Shown: positions 1-13,675, counted from the first letter of the whole stretch. The stretch is 62,500 nucleotides of DNA, filler included, from Choristocarpus tenellus KU-1152 (GCA_964200185.2; 9 parts of 9 records of this genome joined end to end with filler, not necessarily neighbours in it), one strand, 5' to 3'. The notes: a model not told the origin generated them from the sequence alone. Made by a program: numbers and translations.

Positions 1-790
1 GTTGAAAGGATGGCTGGCAATCAGTGACGAAGGGCATTCGCACTGGTTGGTCATCAAATGGGGGTAGATAGGAAACCAGGAGAGGAATGGAGAATGGAGG
101 GATGGCAAACAAGGAATAGAGTGATAATAATAGTAAATCCAGAATTCGTGAGCAAAACAAAGTGAGAGTTTATGAAGTAATCTGAGTTTTGTGGGCGGAA
201 GAATTCTGGTTGACTGGGGGCACAGGACAAGCGTGGGTAGGGGAAAGAAAAAGAAGGAAGCAGGAAGAGAACGAATAGTTAAGGGAGGGAAGAAAAGGTT
301 AATGGAAATGAGTGGTAGATAAGAGGAAGAACAGCAGCCAGTGAGTGATAAAAGGAAAGAAAACCAGGGGTACAAGACGAGGAGGGGAGACTAAGGCAAC
401 CTCCGAGCAAGCTTCTCCCACCCACCTACCCTGTCACTTCCTCACGAACGACGGGAACACTGGGAAAGGGGGGGAGAAGGGGAGGTCAAGTTCCGGCGGG
501 TTAGATGTCTTCTAGCTCAAAGGCACGGTTTGAAGTGGATCATGAAGGGGTGTTCTTGGATGATTGTGGAGTGGTGTTGAATGGTGTGAGAACTGCTGTG
601 GGGTTGAGGGGAGTGGTAACTTGTGTGGGTTGAAAGGATGGCTGGCAATCAGTGACGAAGGGCATTCGCACTGGTTGGTCATCAAATGGGGGTAGATAGG
701 AAACCAGGAGAGGAATGGAGAATGGAGGGATGGCAAACAAGGAATAGAGTGATAACAATAGTAAATCCAAAATTCGTGAGCAAAACAAAT
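1..790. repeat. Tandem repeat with a period of about 629 bp; diverged relative at about 61150-61750
   Basis: Positions 1-160 recur almost identically at 630-789. Motifs AAGGCAACCTCCGAGCAA, TAGATGTCTTCTA and ATCCAGAATTCGTGAGCAAA recur in the same order at 61280-61747. Confidence 0.85.
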
Positions 791-1399
791 GATCATTTTG
801 ATTGAGTCCATGTGATGTAATTAATGAGAAAGTTCATCAGGATTATGAATGGGAATATGTATGGGTTTTTTATTTTGGATTCAACTGCTTTGACATAATC
901 GTTGACTTATGTAGGAAGCACAAATAATAATAAACAAGCAATGCGAAGACACACAAAGGTCACTCTTCTAATTTCATCCATGTAATCACGTTCAGCAATG
1001 GGGAACCGTGTGAGGCTCAACACCTTCTTGTCCTCACTACTGATAAATAGCACTACCTCCCAAAGTAAATTGCACACAAGGAGTCAACTGGAAAAGGCTG
1101 GGCTGGGTGATAAGTACTGGTTCTATGGAATCACGGACGTCGCCTTCAAAAGTGGAGGCATGCCGTATGAATAATTGGGAGGAGAGACACCATTCGAGCG
1201 TCGAACGGGAAAATCCTTCAATTGTGATAGACTTCGGGCCTGGCGGAGCAAGTGCCATGTTCACCTGAAAAAAGAAGCAGAGGGGGGCCAGTTCAAAGTT
1301 TCATCCATGCGCCAAGCGGGGTATCTTCATGGGACACGATCGTACATCATTGTGTTGATACATCTGGCTTCCTCAAGAGGTTGCCTAAGTTGGTGATAA

Positions 1400-1633
1400 G
1401 GGTTGCATTTGAAGGATCCCGAGAAATGGCAAAAATACGCAATTTTGTACAATTGCCGAAAGAAACTTTCCTTCATTGTGATGTCACGTTCTTTGTGGAG
1501 CGGGAGAATATTCATTTTGCATACACAATTTGCACATGATGTAATCAAATAGAGTTTATTGGATAGGATAAGAATAATGACATAGAATACAAAAAATGAT
1601 CCAAACCTGCCTACCTCTCAACTGGTGTGGCTC
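1400..1633 (+). mobile_element. MITE family C, degenerate copy
   Basis: Internal sequence aligns by eye with 11172-11420 and 36276-36535. Right end is CCTGCCTACCTCTCAACTGGTGTGGCTC; left end not recognisable. Confidence 0.65.
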
Positions 1634-3219
1634 AGACCACACCTGGGGTGTTGCACAAGATTTGTTGTTGACTACAATATGCCCCTTTGGATCTTGGCAT
1701 GATCCCACCACTTGAGATTGACACAGAGGTGACAGATATTCGAAACATAAAAAGAATAAAATAGACACATATACACTTCTTTGGGTTTAAGCACTCTTCT
1801 CAGAGTGCATCTTTGTATCTCTCCCCTACGACATATGGACAAGGGTTAGGCTGGCACCATGATCAAGTAAGGAGTGTTGACAAATCGATGGGAACCTTCC
1901 TCTTTGTAGCCGTGCTGCAAAAAATATTACACAGGGAGAGGGATAAAGGAGAGAAAGTATATCACATAGATGATGTGTCTCAAAGGGCAAGAGTTATCAC
2001 AGGTAATCAGGATATTGAAGGCTATGGTAGATATGCTCTTCAACATGTTTGAGCATACGTATATACTCTGACAGGGATGTTGTCTAGGGGTCTACTTTCA
2101 ATGGCAAGAGACTGCTTGCTGCAATCCGTGCCGATATGCGGTTTTCTGTCGAAAACGAGAACGGTAGGACTTCAAACTTCGTCAATAGCGCACAGGTACT
2201 CCACTGTAGGTCAGAAGTCGATGATGTTTTGTAACATACTCTGGTACGAGAGAACCAAGGGTAACCACAAGTTCCAAGAGGGGTTACATTGGAAAATAAT
2301 GACGTTTCAGACCTATGAGGTGCCTCTTGATGTGGGGTTCATGATTTACTGGATACGAAAATAATCCTTACCTGTTATACTCAGTAATCTTCAGAAACAC
2401 TTTGGATCTTTTGGTAGTGTGAACCGAAAGAAATTTTGACTGTGATTAAATTGGCGAGTGAAAAAATTATACTAATCGGATTGAACTGTCTATCCACAAG
2501 TGGCGATGCGCGTGAAAAGCGCGCAGATGGCGGAATTAAGCCTTTGTATTATGAGACAATACTCCAAACCTCCACAGGTCTCAGAACAGGTCTCAGAAGG
2601 CAAATCTAAATCCATGAAATGGTCACGTGAAATGTGTAGTGAGTTGTGGATTGGTTGTGACACCTTGTGAGGAATCTGTGGTTCCCTGACCTTGAGCACA
2701 CTTTGTAGTCACACTTTGTTGAAGCCTGAGATCGAATGAATCGCGATTTCTTGTGCAGTGACAGGTAGGTAGGGAAGGGGTGTCATAGTGCAGTGGAGCA
2801 CCGGTGAATTCGTTCTGATGAACCTAGTGACACGCTGTGCACAGTCAGAGATAATTTGATACAAAGTTGTGGGTATTCCTTCACACAAGCTCAAAGTCGA
2901 GGCGTGTCACCTTGTGAATAAGGGTTTTTAGGATGTTTTAACTCTGAATATATGGCATCCAGTTGTGTATCAGGTACACTTAACGTAGAATGAGCTTGGT
3001 GTCTTAAGTGGGGCAATGCCAGACAGAGAAAAAAAAAACACTACCTCTGTGCCATTAGATTGTGCCGCGAAACATCTGGGCTCGCTGAGCGAGCACGGCG
3101 CCGAATCGGACGATAATGCCACAGAATGAAATCGGGTTGACAATCTCAGCTTTCAGAAAAGGTGGGGGATGAGTATCATCAGGTGCAAACTCGAGGTGCT
3201 TCAAGCCGTCAAAGTAGGG

Positions 3220-3319
3220 NNNNNNNNNNNNNNNNNNNNNNNNNNNNNNNNNNNNNNNNNNNNTTAATTAATTAANNNNNNNNNNNNNNNNNNNNNNNNN
3301 NNNNNNNNNNNNNNNNNNN
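3220..3319. other. Artificial 100-bp contig linker (also 7216-7315, 11657-11756, 30454-30553, 37319-37418, 40631-40730, 45800-45899, 51630-51729)
   Basis: Each is 44N + TTAATTAATTAA + 44N; the core gives stops in all six frames. Confidence 0.97.
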
Positions 3320-6300
3320 TTCAATAAATTGTTTCTTCTACAGAATCTTCTTTTACACATGAATAAAAAGCATATTCTTAACAGCCTCCCTCATGTAACT
3401 AGAGAATACTTCAGGTAAGATTTTCAACCCAAAGCTACACCCGTTATATTCCCAAGTTGTCCATGAGCATCACGGAAGGCTGTCTTATGTTTGTCTACCA
3501 CTGCGATTTCTAGTTGAAAGAATCACGACGCTAGGTCTATGGCAGTGAAATAGCTAGAGCCCTTAAGCTTATCAAAGATGCTGGCAATGTTCCCCAGACC
3601 TCCACTATCACTACGCGAGAGATCATTAAGCATCCTATAGTCTGTGCGCAACCTCAGGGTCCCATCTTTCTTACGTACTGCTATCACTGCTGCTACCCAC
3701 GCTGAGGTGAAGAGTCTAATGATACCACTTTCCTGCAACTGCTTATTCTCAGCCTGAATCATCTGCATTTCTTCAGGAGAGAAGCGCCTTTGTTTTGCTG
3801 CGTAGGGTGTACAGTTCTCATCTAATAGTGGTATGTGTAGTACTCCTCTAGAGCATGGGGGAACTCGTTTGGGATCTTCAGGGAATACCCCTAAATATTC
3901 CTAAATTCCTCTAACAATTCCACCAACTGTTCCTTCTGCCCTGGTGTCAGCTGTCCCATATTGGCATCGCTAAGGCTCACCAATTGATGCCGGACCCCCT
4001 TGGCTCCATCTGAAGGGGTGTGTTCTTCCTCTGCTACTGGGCAGTCACCAGCCTCGTCTGCTTCTGAGGGATGCCTTGTCTGAGAACTAGTTGTGGCAAG
4101 CAGGACCTGTGCTCTTTGAGGGTCTTTGCGGGGGTTGGTTTGTGACTGAAAGAGTGCAACCACCCTCTTTGTATCCTGAGTATTCAGAGCAATCGCCTTT
4201 GTAACTGGTAGCCCTACCTGGACACTACTGGGCTTACTGCGCGTATTTACCAGCTTGCAATAAATGGGGGTTCCTGGGTTCCACCATTGTACACCTCTAG
4301 TAACTCCGACAGCATTTCCTAAATCCAGATTATACTCTGATAAGGGCTCAATCACAAACAACTTCTACATGTTCTACTTCTGACAAACGCAATTCCCATT
4401 GCAGAGTCCTATCGTTCTCCCACGCTAACTCTACCGGAAGGGGTACTAGACCTGGACTCTCCAGTGATGGGGTCAGAGATCCTTGTCCTGGGTAAGATCT
4501 ATTGTTGCGATACCTGCCTCTGGATCCGCATCTGAGGTGGCTGCTCCTGGGTCTAAATAAAAAAACTCGCATGTTTCTTCTCTGGTCACGTATGTTCACC
4601 AGTTGGAAGTACTAGTGCATCTTGGGAATCTAGGGAGTGCATCAGGGGGGGGTTCTCTACATCCAGCTGATCTGAGGTTATTAAGAGGAAATCTGTGGTA
4701 CTTGGATAGTCGGATTGTTGGTTTCATTGATGCTTGCCACTCTCGTAGGGCTGACCGGGGTACATTGTCATCACGAGATCTGTGTGTCACAGCTCGAACA
4801 AAAGGTATCAATGGTGGGTTTGGAGCTGGTCGAAAGTCTTCCCCTATTTAAATGACAATATGCTATTGTGCTGCCTACAGAATGCTGCTCCTAGAACCAT
4901 CCCATAAGGTAAGCCTTCCACTATTCCAATTGTCACATTACGGACTTTATTCTCTGGGGGAAACAATATTGGCAGTATGCACGACCCTAGTACCTGCATA
5001 GTTGGAATACTGCATCCTTTCGGATTTGCCGCGTGCAATGTACCTTTACCTGTTTGATTAAGGTGTTGTAGGCCGATGCTACCTCCCCTGAGAGTAGTAC
5101 TGCGCCAAAAAGCAGACGAAATGTAGTTCCCACCTTCTGCACCTGTGTCAAGGAGTATCTGTACTGGCATTCTCGAGTGGACTTTGCGAGGGTGCCACAG
5201 CAGTGCAAACCCAAAGTATCTTGGGGGGGGGGAAGGGTCTACACCAGGGCGTCCATTTGGACCAAAATCAGGAAAAGTGCATTTTCATTATCCATCGGAC
5301 GTATGCAACCAAATCACCCAAAAATCACGACATAAAAAAAATTGACTCCAAATGGACAGCCACCACCCCCCCTCAGATACTTTAAGCCTGCAGATTGCCA
5401 CACTACTAATCGTTGGGCAATTGACATAGTGGATATTGTCAAGGTGGGTGTGGGGGTCATGCTTCCTATGGCTACAGTGGCTAAGTTCCCTGGAGCTGAA
5501 GACTCCAGGGCACACCTTCAGGGCAACTCGGGTGCTTCAGAATCGGTCAGGCTGCTTGCAAATAGTGGCGGAAACTCAAAGTCCTGCATCGCGGCAAGGT
5601 CATTCCAATGGGAGTCTGTCAAGGCTACCATCGTACGCGACTCATTAGCTGGGGTAGTACTTTGCTTGTCTTGGGAAAGATATGCGAAGTGGCCCTTAGG
5701 TACTATGGAGTTGCCGTGGGTATACCTGCACTAGACTTGAAGCAGTCACGACCAAAAGTGTGGTGGAAGCAAACCCGATGTGTCTTGAGCCACTCGACAA
5801 CCTCATCTTTGGAAGAAAATGGTGAAGGTAAATACTTACCCAAATGGTGTCGACCTGCATCGCTTGCTCTGTCTGTGGCTAAAGAAGACGTGGATCGGGG
5901 CACAGATTGGGTGGCGGGTGTTGTTGGTTGAACGGGTGCGGATGCATGGCTTTCAGAAACGAACGTGGTCTCATGTTTCCCAGGAGCAGAAGCAGGTTGT
6001 TTGTCAACACAGCGCAGACATTGGGTCAGGGGGTTTGGGGACAAGACAGGTTGGAGTATCGGTGCGAGGGCCGCCAGCACACTGTTGACCAACTCTTGCT
6101 ATGGTGGTGGATTCTGGCTTGGCACATCTCGTGGCAAGGATGTCCTGCTATGTTGGGGCAGTCCTAGTTCCTGTCTGCTGATTGGGTTTTCATCAGGGGC
6201 AGTCAAAGGGTCAGACATGCTTGCAAAGATAGCACGAGCATCAGCCATGCTACCTAAAGCAGTAGGTGTCTTATCTTTGTACGACGCAGATTTTGTAGCA

Positions 6301-7100
6301 TTTTGATTAGTTGGGAAAAATGCATACTGGTCGCTACAATTGGACAATTCTTCGATTTGATCGTCAGAGATCCGTTCTGCTTTATTTCCCCGCTGTACCA
6401 TTTCATCTCGTAAAAAACAATCTAGAACATTGGGAAGAAAAATAGGAAGAGCTCGTTCGCATAGATCAATGAGTTGGTCTTCAGCTATATACCTCCAAAA
6501 GCCTCGTGTTTCGCAAACACGAGGCATCTGCGAATCTACAGTGTACGCTTGATAGTGTAAGACAAGACGGTTGGCTGCAGCTTTCCACGATTCCTCTCTC
6601 TCGGTCCTTAAAGAACTCATTGCATTCTTTACGGCGTTTTTCGACGGGCTATAAGAAAGCGTACATTATCTCACCAAGATACGAACCCACTCAGTACCTG
6701 TCATGTCTTCCCCAGGAATCCGAAGGAGTTGTCTGGTGACGCTTGGGACTTCCACTGTAGATGAGTCGCTTAGGAGATCGCTGTGGGTCCTAAGAGAGTC
6801 AGAAAGTAGTTGCTCAAGAAGCTCGATGCGGAAACGGGTAAGGGCATCACTACGTGGACGTGATGTATCACGGTAGTGGGCATGGCCTTTGGGTAAGGCC
6901 CACGAACATCCTTGAACCCTCCCTAAAGCCTTGGTAAGAGCATCAGCGAAGAAAACGGGGTTGTTTGACATGGTTGGGGCGGAGTTATCTGCAGGTACTC
7001 CAAGAAAATCAGGGCCCTTGGCAGGGTCTCCAAGTTTCTTATGAATGCGTTTCATGGTTTTAACACAATCTTGTTGATAACGCATGTCGAGGTTGCAAGA
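3320..7100 (-). mobile_element. Ty3/Gypsy LTR retrotransposon, degenerate gag-protease-RT portion
   Basis: Protease motif ILLDTGAEGGNYIS and C-terminal GMVLGAAF (4844-5170). RT start SAWVAAVIAVRKKDGTLRLRTDYRMLN...YFTAIDLAS (3523-3768). Gag-like ORFs at 5703-7085. Several stops and frameshifts. Confidence 0.92.
5208..5388. mobile_element. MITE family A inserted in the Gypsy pol
   Basis: TIRs AACCCAAAGTATCT...AGATACTTTAAGCC, flanked by TGCA on both sides. Removing the element and one TGCA restores the frame ...VVWQSALLWHPRKVHSRMPVQILLDTG. Confidence 0.92.
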
Positions 7101-8686
7101 GGCTCTGTCTCGCTGCTGCCTACCGGATTGTGACTCATTCGACTCAGCTCATGTACGCAACTCATGAATTTCTCTTCGCAACTGCTCCTTGAGACCCAAA
7201 GTATCTGTGGGAGGGNNNNNNNNNNNNNNNNNNNNNNNNNNNNNNNNNNNNNNNNNNNNTTAATTAATTAANNNNNNNNNNNNNNNNNNNNNNNNNNNNN
7301 NNNNNNNNNNNNNNNGTTTAGGATATTTTATTTCTTTAGGGCTAATAACGACATATATGTATAGTTTTCATTGGTTTCCCCCCTGACACATGTGCAAAAT
7401 ATCAGAGGGCATAATAATAATAATAATATTTTGGAGATGTGTTAGCGAAAAAAGTCAAACCAATAACATAAGGACCCCTGTAAAAGCAATAGTTGTCTCA
7501 AATGTACAAGATATATCTCAAAAAACAATTAACTATTTGAATACCAGCTATACTATAACACTCCCTTAAAGCCTCGTAATTACATGTGTACACTGCTTCT
7601 ATGTCTCCAACTGAGCTTAGCCCTACACAACTAACTGGGCGAGAACTAGGGAAGCATCCCAAGAATTTGGCAGACCCCTCCCTTGCTCATCTCCCTGATG
7701 TCTCCAGCTTCACTAGTAATGATTCTTTAGTTAGCAAGTATCCACATCACATGCATACTGCCCTTCGCGGTATACGATCATAACTTACCGTGGTACTTTG
7801 CAATGTTTACAGCAAGTCTGTCACATTTGGTAGATATTCTTCAACATACGGGCTCAGCCATTACATGACACACACAATAGTTGACTAAGAATTAAACTCG
7901 AGTGTCTATTACCTTTTTCTCATAGATCAAACCCCAGTGTCTCGTTCTATAGTTTTTCATTGGAAGGTGTTCTCCTCTCTTCTGACACCCAATTCACTCT
8001 GCGATAAGTGTACCTCTACACACACCTGGATGGAATATATACAGTGTTAATGCATCCACAAGCGTCTATTCAGAGCATGCATCACTATCCTGGACCACAG
8101 CATTGAATAGTGCTGTACTTCACAGTATCCAGTCAGCCTCTTTACAGAGCATATCACAAGATGCGTCACATTTAATTCCACCAGGACTTCAGTGCACTAG
8201 GTCCTCTTCGCTGTAAGACTTCAAGCCTCTACACAGACCACTTCACCAGAACTACCGATTCGTGCAATTCAAGGTTTTAACACCTTGCGCGATTAGAAAC
8301 ATCTCCCCTTCACTTCGGAATAGTCTTCTTTGCTTACTATATATGCACTCACAAAATCTAGTCTAGTCGATATAGTGGATGGCGGGACATGTAGAAATTG
8401 CTGCGTCCCTATTCAGGAACTGACTAATAATTATGACTTAGGCAAGTCTCAAAGTGGTAGCACAAGTTTCTTGATCCTTGCTTCGTTCAAACAGCCAAGA
8501 AGAGCGAAACAAGGGGCTTGTGTATCAACAATGACAAGATCAAGTTTTCGAGGTTTTCCACAGACCTCGGAGGCCTCAAAGATCCAAATACATCATACGA
8601 GTACTTATGTGTGAGTGAGTGCCTTGTAGTAGAATCCTATATTTACCGAATTTCACTCTTGCATTGATTGTACTGAGACGACGGCA

Positions 8687-10410
8687 ATGTTGCAGAAAGA
8701 GAAACAGATCGAATACATTCGGCTACTGGAACAGCGTAACAGGTTGAGGCTGAGGCCGAAATCTCGTGTTCGTGCTGAGATGGAGGCTAGAGAGAAAGGT
8801 TTTGATGTTCATTTCGCAGGTGCCAACCAAGAACGTGTAATATCCAAGGAGGTGAGGCCGCTTCTCGAAAGGGCCATTCATCACCATACCATGTACTATT
8901 AAGGTGGAGACAAGAGGGGGGCTGGAAGTCGGTGATCTTTTCGCAGGATCTGTAAGCACGGTGTAGTGATGGGCTTTCGTAAGATCAAGTAAATGTTGTC
9001 GAGGTATATACCTTTAGATGGGTCACTCAAACGTACATCACCTTTATCGATACTCGTGTCATCCCCTACCCAACCCATCACTGATCTGATTAGACGCGCC
9101 CGCAATTTTCCGCATTTTATCAGCGGAGACAGGCTGCGGGCGTACCCTTCAGACTTGTCAACAAAGTCGATGATGCTCAGTCTATAACAAGTAAAGGCCA
9201 AAGGTGAGACAAGTTAGAAAATCCTCCTTAGGAGTAAAAGGATGACCGAATATACGCAAAACCACACGGGTTTCTGTCAGGAAAGTGTTAGGGCTATCGA
9301 TAACCATCCACGCTCAACACTACGTCAAAACGTTCTGACCAGCGTATGGCCTCGTAATACCCCCCTATACGTCTTGTGGCAGTGGAAGGACGCGACAGCG
9401 TCGTAGCTGGGCAAAAAATGGTCCTCAAAACAGTGGCTGGATTGAAGAAACTACAGTCCAAGTCCCAAACATGACGAGAGAAACAGCGGAGCCGCCGGAT
9501 TCTGAAGATGTACCATCCCCTCAGACTGATCCTCATAGGTTGTGTATGGTTGTAACTGCCTATTGCGAGTATTGATGAGCATTATTGCAATATCATGAAC
9601 ACTATATCACTGCAAGAACCGGGTTGGTGTGTATATTCCTGCACCAAACCCGCAGTAGTAGATGGAGACATGATCGAAATTCCATTAGAATCTCTGTAAG
9701 CAATATTCCTCTTTCATTTGGGTTTGTCCAACAAATAACATGCTTTAAGACAAGATCATTAGACACTTCTTTCTAACAGCCTCATCCTTCTGCACTTCAT
9801 ATACCCACACTTCAAGGTCATCATCACTGAGCAACAATATGAAGCGTGAGTGTACAGGGGTGTGTACCAACTTTAGTATAGGAGAAATGTCATCTTTGGA
9901 GCCATCATCAGAGAGAGATTCGATGCACAATAACCAAGAGGAAGGAAAGCACGTGGGCACCTGTGGACTTCCTGCACCAGAAGAACTCGCAGCAAGCTTA
10001 ACCAGCACTGTTGAGACAGCCAGCGACTTTTTCCTACATAGCACAATTTCTTCCCCAGCTAGCTGGATCGACGAAGACATACTATATCAAGAAGATTTTG
10101 AGTCGGATGAGAGTACAGAGTGCAGTGAGAGATTGACAGAGGAAATACTTCCAAATGAGGTGTGAATTATAATCCTTGCCCTCTACCCTACCAATAATTG
10201 ACTTCTTAGCTTGCGTCTAGGAGTGATAGGGATATATCTAACCAACCAAGGCTTTAAACTTCTTGTGATGAAGCAAACAGAAAATCTTTCAGCAGGGGTG
10301 ACTTGTGAGCATTTTTTCAATACCAATCCACTTGATGTCCACTGACCATCAGAGTGCGATGTCTGGATCATTGGCTACTACGGACGGGGAACATTCAAGT
10401 CCACATGGAG
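8687..10410 (+). CDS. KATNIP: Katanin-interacting protein (KIAA0556) homolog, 5' exons about 8687-8851, 9124-9203, 9383-9543, 9780-10159, 10351-10410; incomplete
   Basis: EYIRLLEQRNRL...REKGFDVHFAGAN resembles the conserved KATNIP N-terminus. Downstream RRSW and YQEDFE motifs. GT-AG junctions can be joined in frame. The C-terminal domains are not in this contig. Confidence 0.75.
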
Positions 10411-10695
10411 GTGAGAAGAAGCAGGTGATGGTCCGTGAGTGTGATAATCAGCATCAAATTTGTGCACAATCTGTTGGAGCAGCACATACTTGGCAAGGAC
10501 TGGAGGTAGGAAGAATATTGAGAGCACATTATACGCATGGTGTTACTGAACATCCAGAAATTTACCCCTTGGTTTCTGTTGTGTTGGGGTCAAGTCTAGT
10601 GAACCAAGCATAGTGGTTTATATGATTAAATAATAACAGATTGTAGTCTGCACTGCAGAGATGACATGTTCTGAGGTGTATTCTGTGTTCCACAT

Positions 10696-10952
10696 GAGTG
10701 AAAGTATCTTAGAGGGTACGGGTTTTGCCCTGTTTGTCCATTTGGGACTTGGCATTCCATGGTCTTTTTTATGACATTTTTCTACTCCAAAGTTTAGGAG
10801 TAACTAAAATGTATACGTTATGAAACAGTGTGTCCGGAATAAGGATATTGCCACTTCCTAACAAACGTGATAGTCAAAATTACATCAAAATCGCAACATT
10901 GGATTTTGCCCCCCAATTGGAAGCAGCTCTACCCTCTGAGATACTTTGACTC
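10696..10952. mobile_element. MITE family B
   Basis: TIR GAGTGAAAGTATCTTAGAGGGTA...TACCCTCTGAGATACTTTGACTC; flanked by ACAT/ACAT. Confidence 0.92.
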
Positions 10953-11171
10953 ACATACTGTTTTTGCAATACTCTTATTTTATGGAGGGCAAGGGATCTA
11001 CTTCGTATGATGATGGTGAAGATCTGAGTTTCTTTCAAGTGTCAGTTGGTTGAATCTTGTGAGGGCACTCAAACGCTTGGTAGGCCTAAATGTGCCTGAA
11101 TATCTCTCAGCTGTGAGATGACACTGTGAAACTTGCGGATCTTGAATCCTGAATCACGCCACCTCTGCATA

Positions 11172-11420
11172 GAGCCAAACCAATTGAGAGATATTGGACT
11201 CTTTTGCATTCTATGTCATCTTTCTTACCCTGTGCAATATACTCTATTTCCATTGCTAATATGTGCACAATTGTGTACCCTAAATTGACATTCCCTCTTT
11301 CTACATACAAAGTGTCAGTCATGCAAAGGCTCTTTCTGCATTTGTACAAAATGGCGTCATATTGCCCCTTCTCGGGATTCTTAAGATGCAGCCCTGCCTA
11401 CCTCTCCTTTGGTTTGGCTC
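11172..11420 (-). mobile_element. MITE family C
   Basis: TIR GAGCCAAACCA...TGGTTTGGCTC; flanked by ATA/ATA; related copies at about 1400, 33200-33349 and 36276. Confidence 0.85.
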
Positions 11421-12124
11421 ATAACATGTCGAGTAGTGACCATGAATTGACACAGAGAGAAGTTCATAGTACTTCACTAGTATTTGAACGCTGTAATTGA
11501 CAGACAAAGAAAGATGTGGCTATCTTCGCTTGAATGATATTTTAGCATATCTGTACCATGAAGTTGAACTCTATCAAGCCCCGCGCTTTTTTTTTACTGG
11601 TGTTCACAGGGTTAGGGATACGAGCCCCTTCACACCATCTTCTGACTACCAATGTTNNNNNNNNNNNNNNNNNNNNNNNNNNNNNNNNNNNNNNNNNNNN
11701 TTAATTAATTAANNNNNNNNNNNNNNNNNNNNNNNNNNNNNNNNNNNNNNNNNNNNCCTCCCAGAGGCAACACATTTAGGGGGTATTTCACGCTTCATAA
11801 CTCCATATACATTGCAAATATTGTTGTGTAAAAGGATGGGAGGGGGTATTTTACCCGCCCATTACCACGTTTGCGCCCATTCACTCGTCACAGTAATAAA
11901 TTCCACACACACATTTACAATGCTCATGAATCGATCAATACTTACACTCACACTTGCACAAAAGACTAGTCTCCAATGTATTTCCCTTGATGCGAATTGA
12001 TCGCAACGAACAATTTTCACTGGCACCGTTTCACAATAATATTAACGTCTACATAAACCTCCACATCCTAAATATCTGGCATGGACTGTAACTTCTTTGT
12101 GGCAGGTACAAGAGCGGACAGTAC

Positions 12125-13675
12125 CTGTCCTTGCCGTATGTCGGCTCTGCTTTTAGGTCTGGCCTCTCTTCCCTCGGCTCCATTGCATTGATCAATGCAA
12201 TGTTTAACGCATAGCTCCCTGTTGCCACTCCCCCCTTGGCTTGAGAACGCTCCTCAAGAAGTTTCTTGGATTGTTCCGACAGTGTAGTGTTGAGACGTGA
12301 TATCGCCTCCATTGCCTCAGGGGAGGGTCCGGATTGAGCAGCCGTTCTGGTCCATGGGTGGCTAAACATCCTGTGGAAAGCAAGATGAGCAGGTCGTGTA
12401 TGTGAAGGATCTGCTAACTTCTTCAAAGTATTCGTTGGAGGGGTGGTTGTGTCCAAGTTGCCAAATTCGCTATCGGCATAGGGCGCATTGATGAAGAGAG
12501 TATAGCATTCCTTGAACACAAAGCCGACAGAGGTAGACTACTGGTGCTCCTTTTGAAGCCACAAAAAATAACACCTGAGAGTCAACCGTTACAGTTAAAC
12601 AGCCCCAAAAGTGGGGACAGGTTTGACTGTGTTGAGGATTCACGGGTGCATCACCTCAGCCCCAGGTACTTGTAGGTCGTCCCAGGCTCGCCCAGAAGTG
12701 TTCGAGTAACAAATGTTCTTGCACAGGGCGTGCCTAGTCCGAACGGTTGTGTCACGTCTGTGCAGAATATGCCTTCGGCAGCAAGCGCATCAAAGGCAGC
12801 GCGGGTCTCAAGGTGGACCTGAGATGACACCGCAGTGTGTAGATAGTTGGAGGGTAAAAATATATTTCTTGTAGTCAACCTTCTCCATGTCTTCAACTGA
12901 TATTGAATAAGATACACCAAGTGTAATGAAATTTGAATCGAGTATTGAATCTATGAGCAGAAGGAGAATAATCCTCATCTCCAAATTGGGAGTGTTTCTC
13001 CGTACCTGTGCATCACCTGACTGGGGGTACTTCTCAAGGATATGGTTCCTGCAATGGTACAGATATCGACCTGATTACGACACCAATATTCCGAAATAGC
13101 AATTCTCGCCGACAGCTGACGTGAACAAGTTCGTGCGGAAGATGTTTCAGAGATGCCCTGTGGATAAGACTAGTCTGCCATTTCAGCTCGGTGCTTCCCA
13201 GCTGAACTACATTCAACTTGCGATGCTCGGAAGCCCAATGGAACCATTACGGAGAAATAATCTATCCACACGTTGCAAACGAATCCTGCATCCTACGGTT
13301 AACAGGGGCGACAAGACGCGTGTAGTGCGGGAGAGGATCCTATCATACCTCGGACTTCAAGCTGCCAGAATCTTGCACACAGAAACCATCATAGCTAGTC
13401 TTAAGAACCTCATCGAACTGGGGGTCACCCTCCTCGATGAATTTGTCCTTGGGACCCCGGAAGCCTGGGAAAGGGGCAGGAACTGTGGTGTCACCTCTGC
13501 GTCTTTGAGTATTGTGCGTCTCTGATCCATCGACTTGTCCACCACTGACAACACGACCAGCAGACTTATAGTGGTTTGAATCTCTCGTGCCACGCCCACT
13601 ATTCTTTTTCCCACCTCTTCCGCCACCACGACCTCTGCTTCTTTCTCTAAATCTGTCACTCTTCCCCATCTTCAT
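12125..13675 (-). CDS. FTO: Alpha-ketoglutarate-dependent dioxygenase FTO, exons 13675-13349, 12818-12655, 12370-12125; 3' part missing
   Basis: Spliced product contains F.TDVTQPFGLGTPCARTFVTRTLLGEPGTTYKYLGLRMFSHPW and NIALINAMEP...DLKAEPTYG, typical of the FTO catalytic domain. Intron phases are compatible. The HxD exon is not visible before the gap. Confidence 0.92.

Noticed and set aside
3264-3275. Recurrent palindrome TTAATTAATTAA
   Set aside because: Always centred in a 100-bp N block; an assembly linker.
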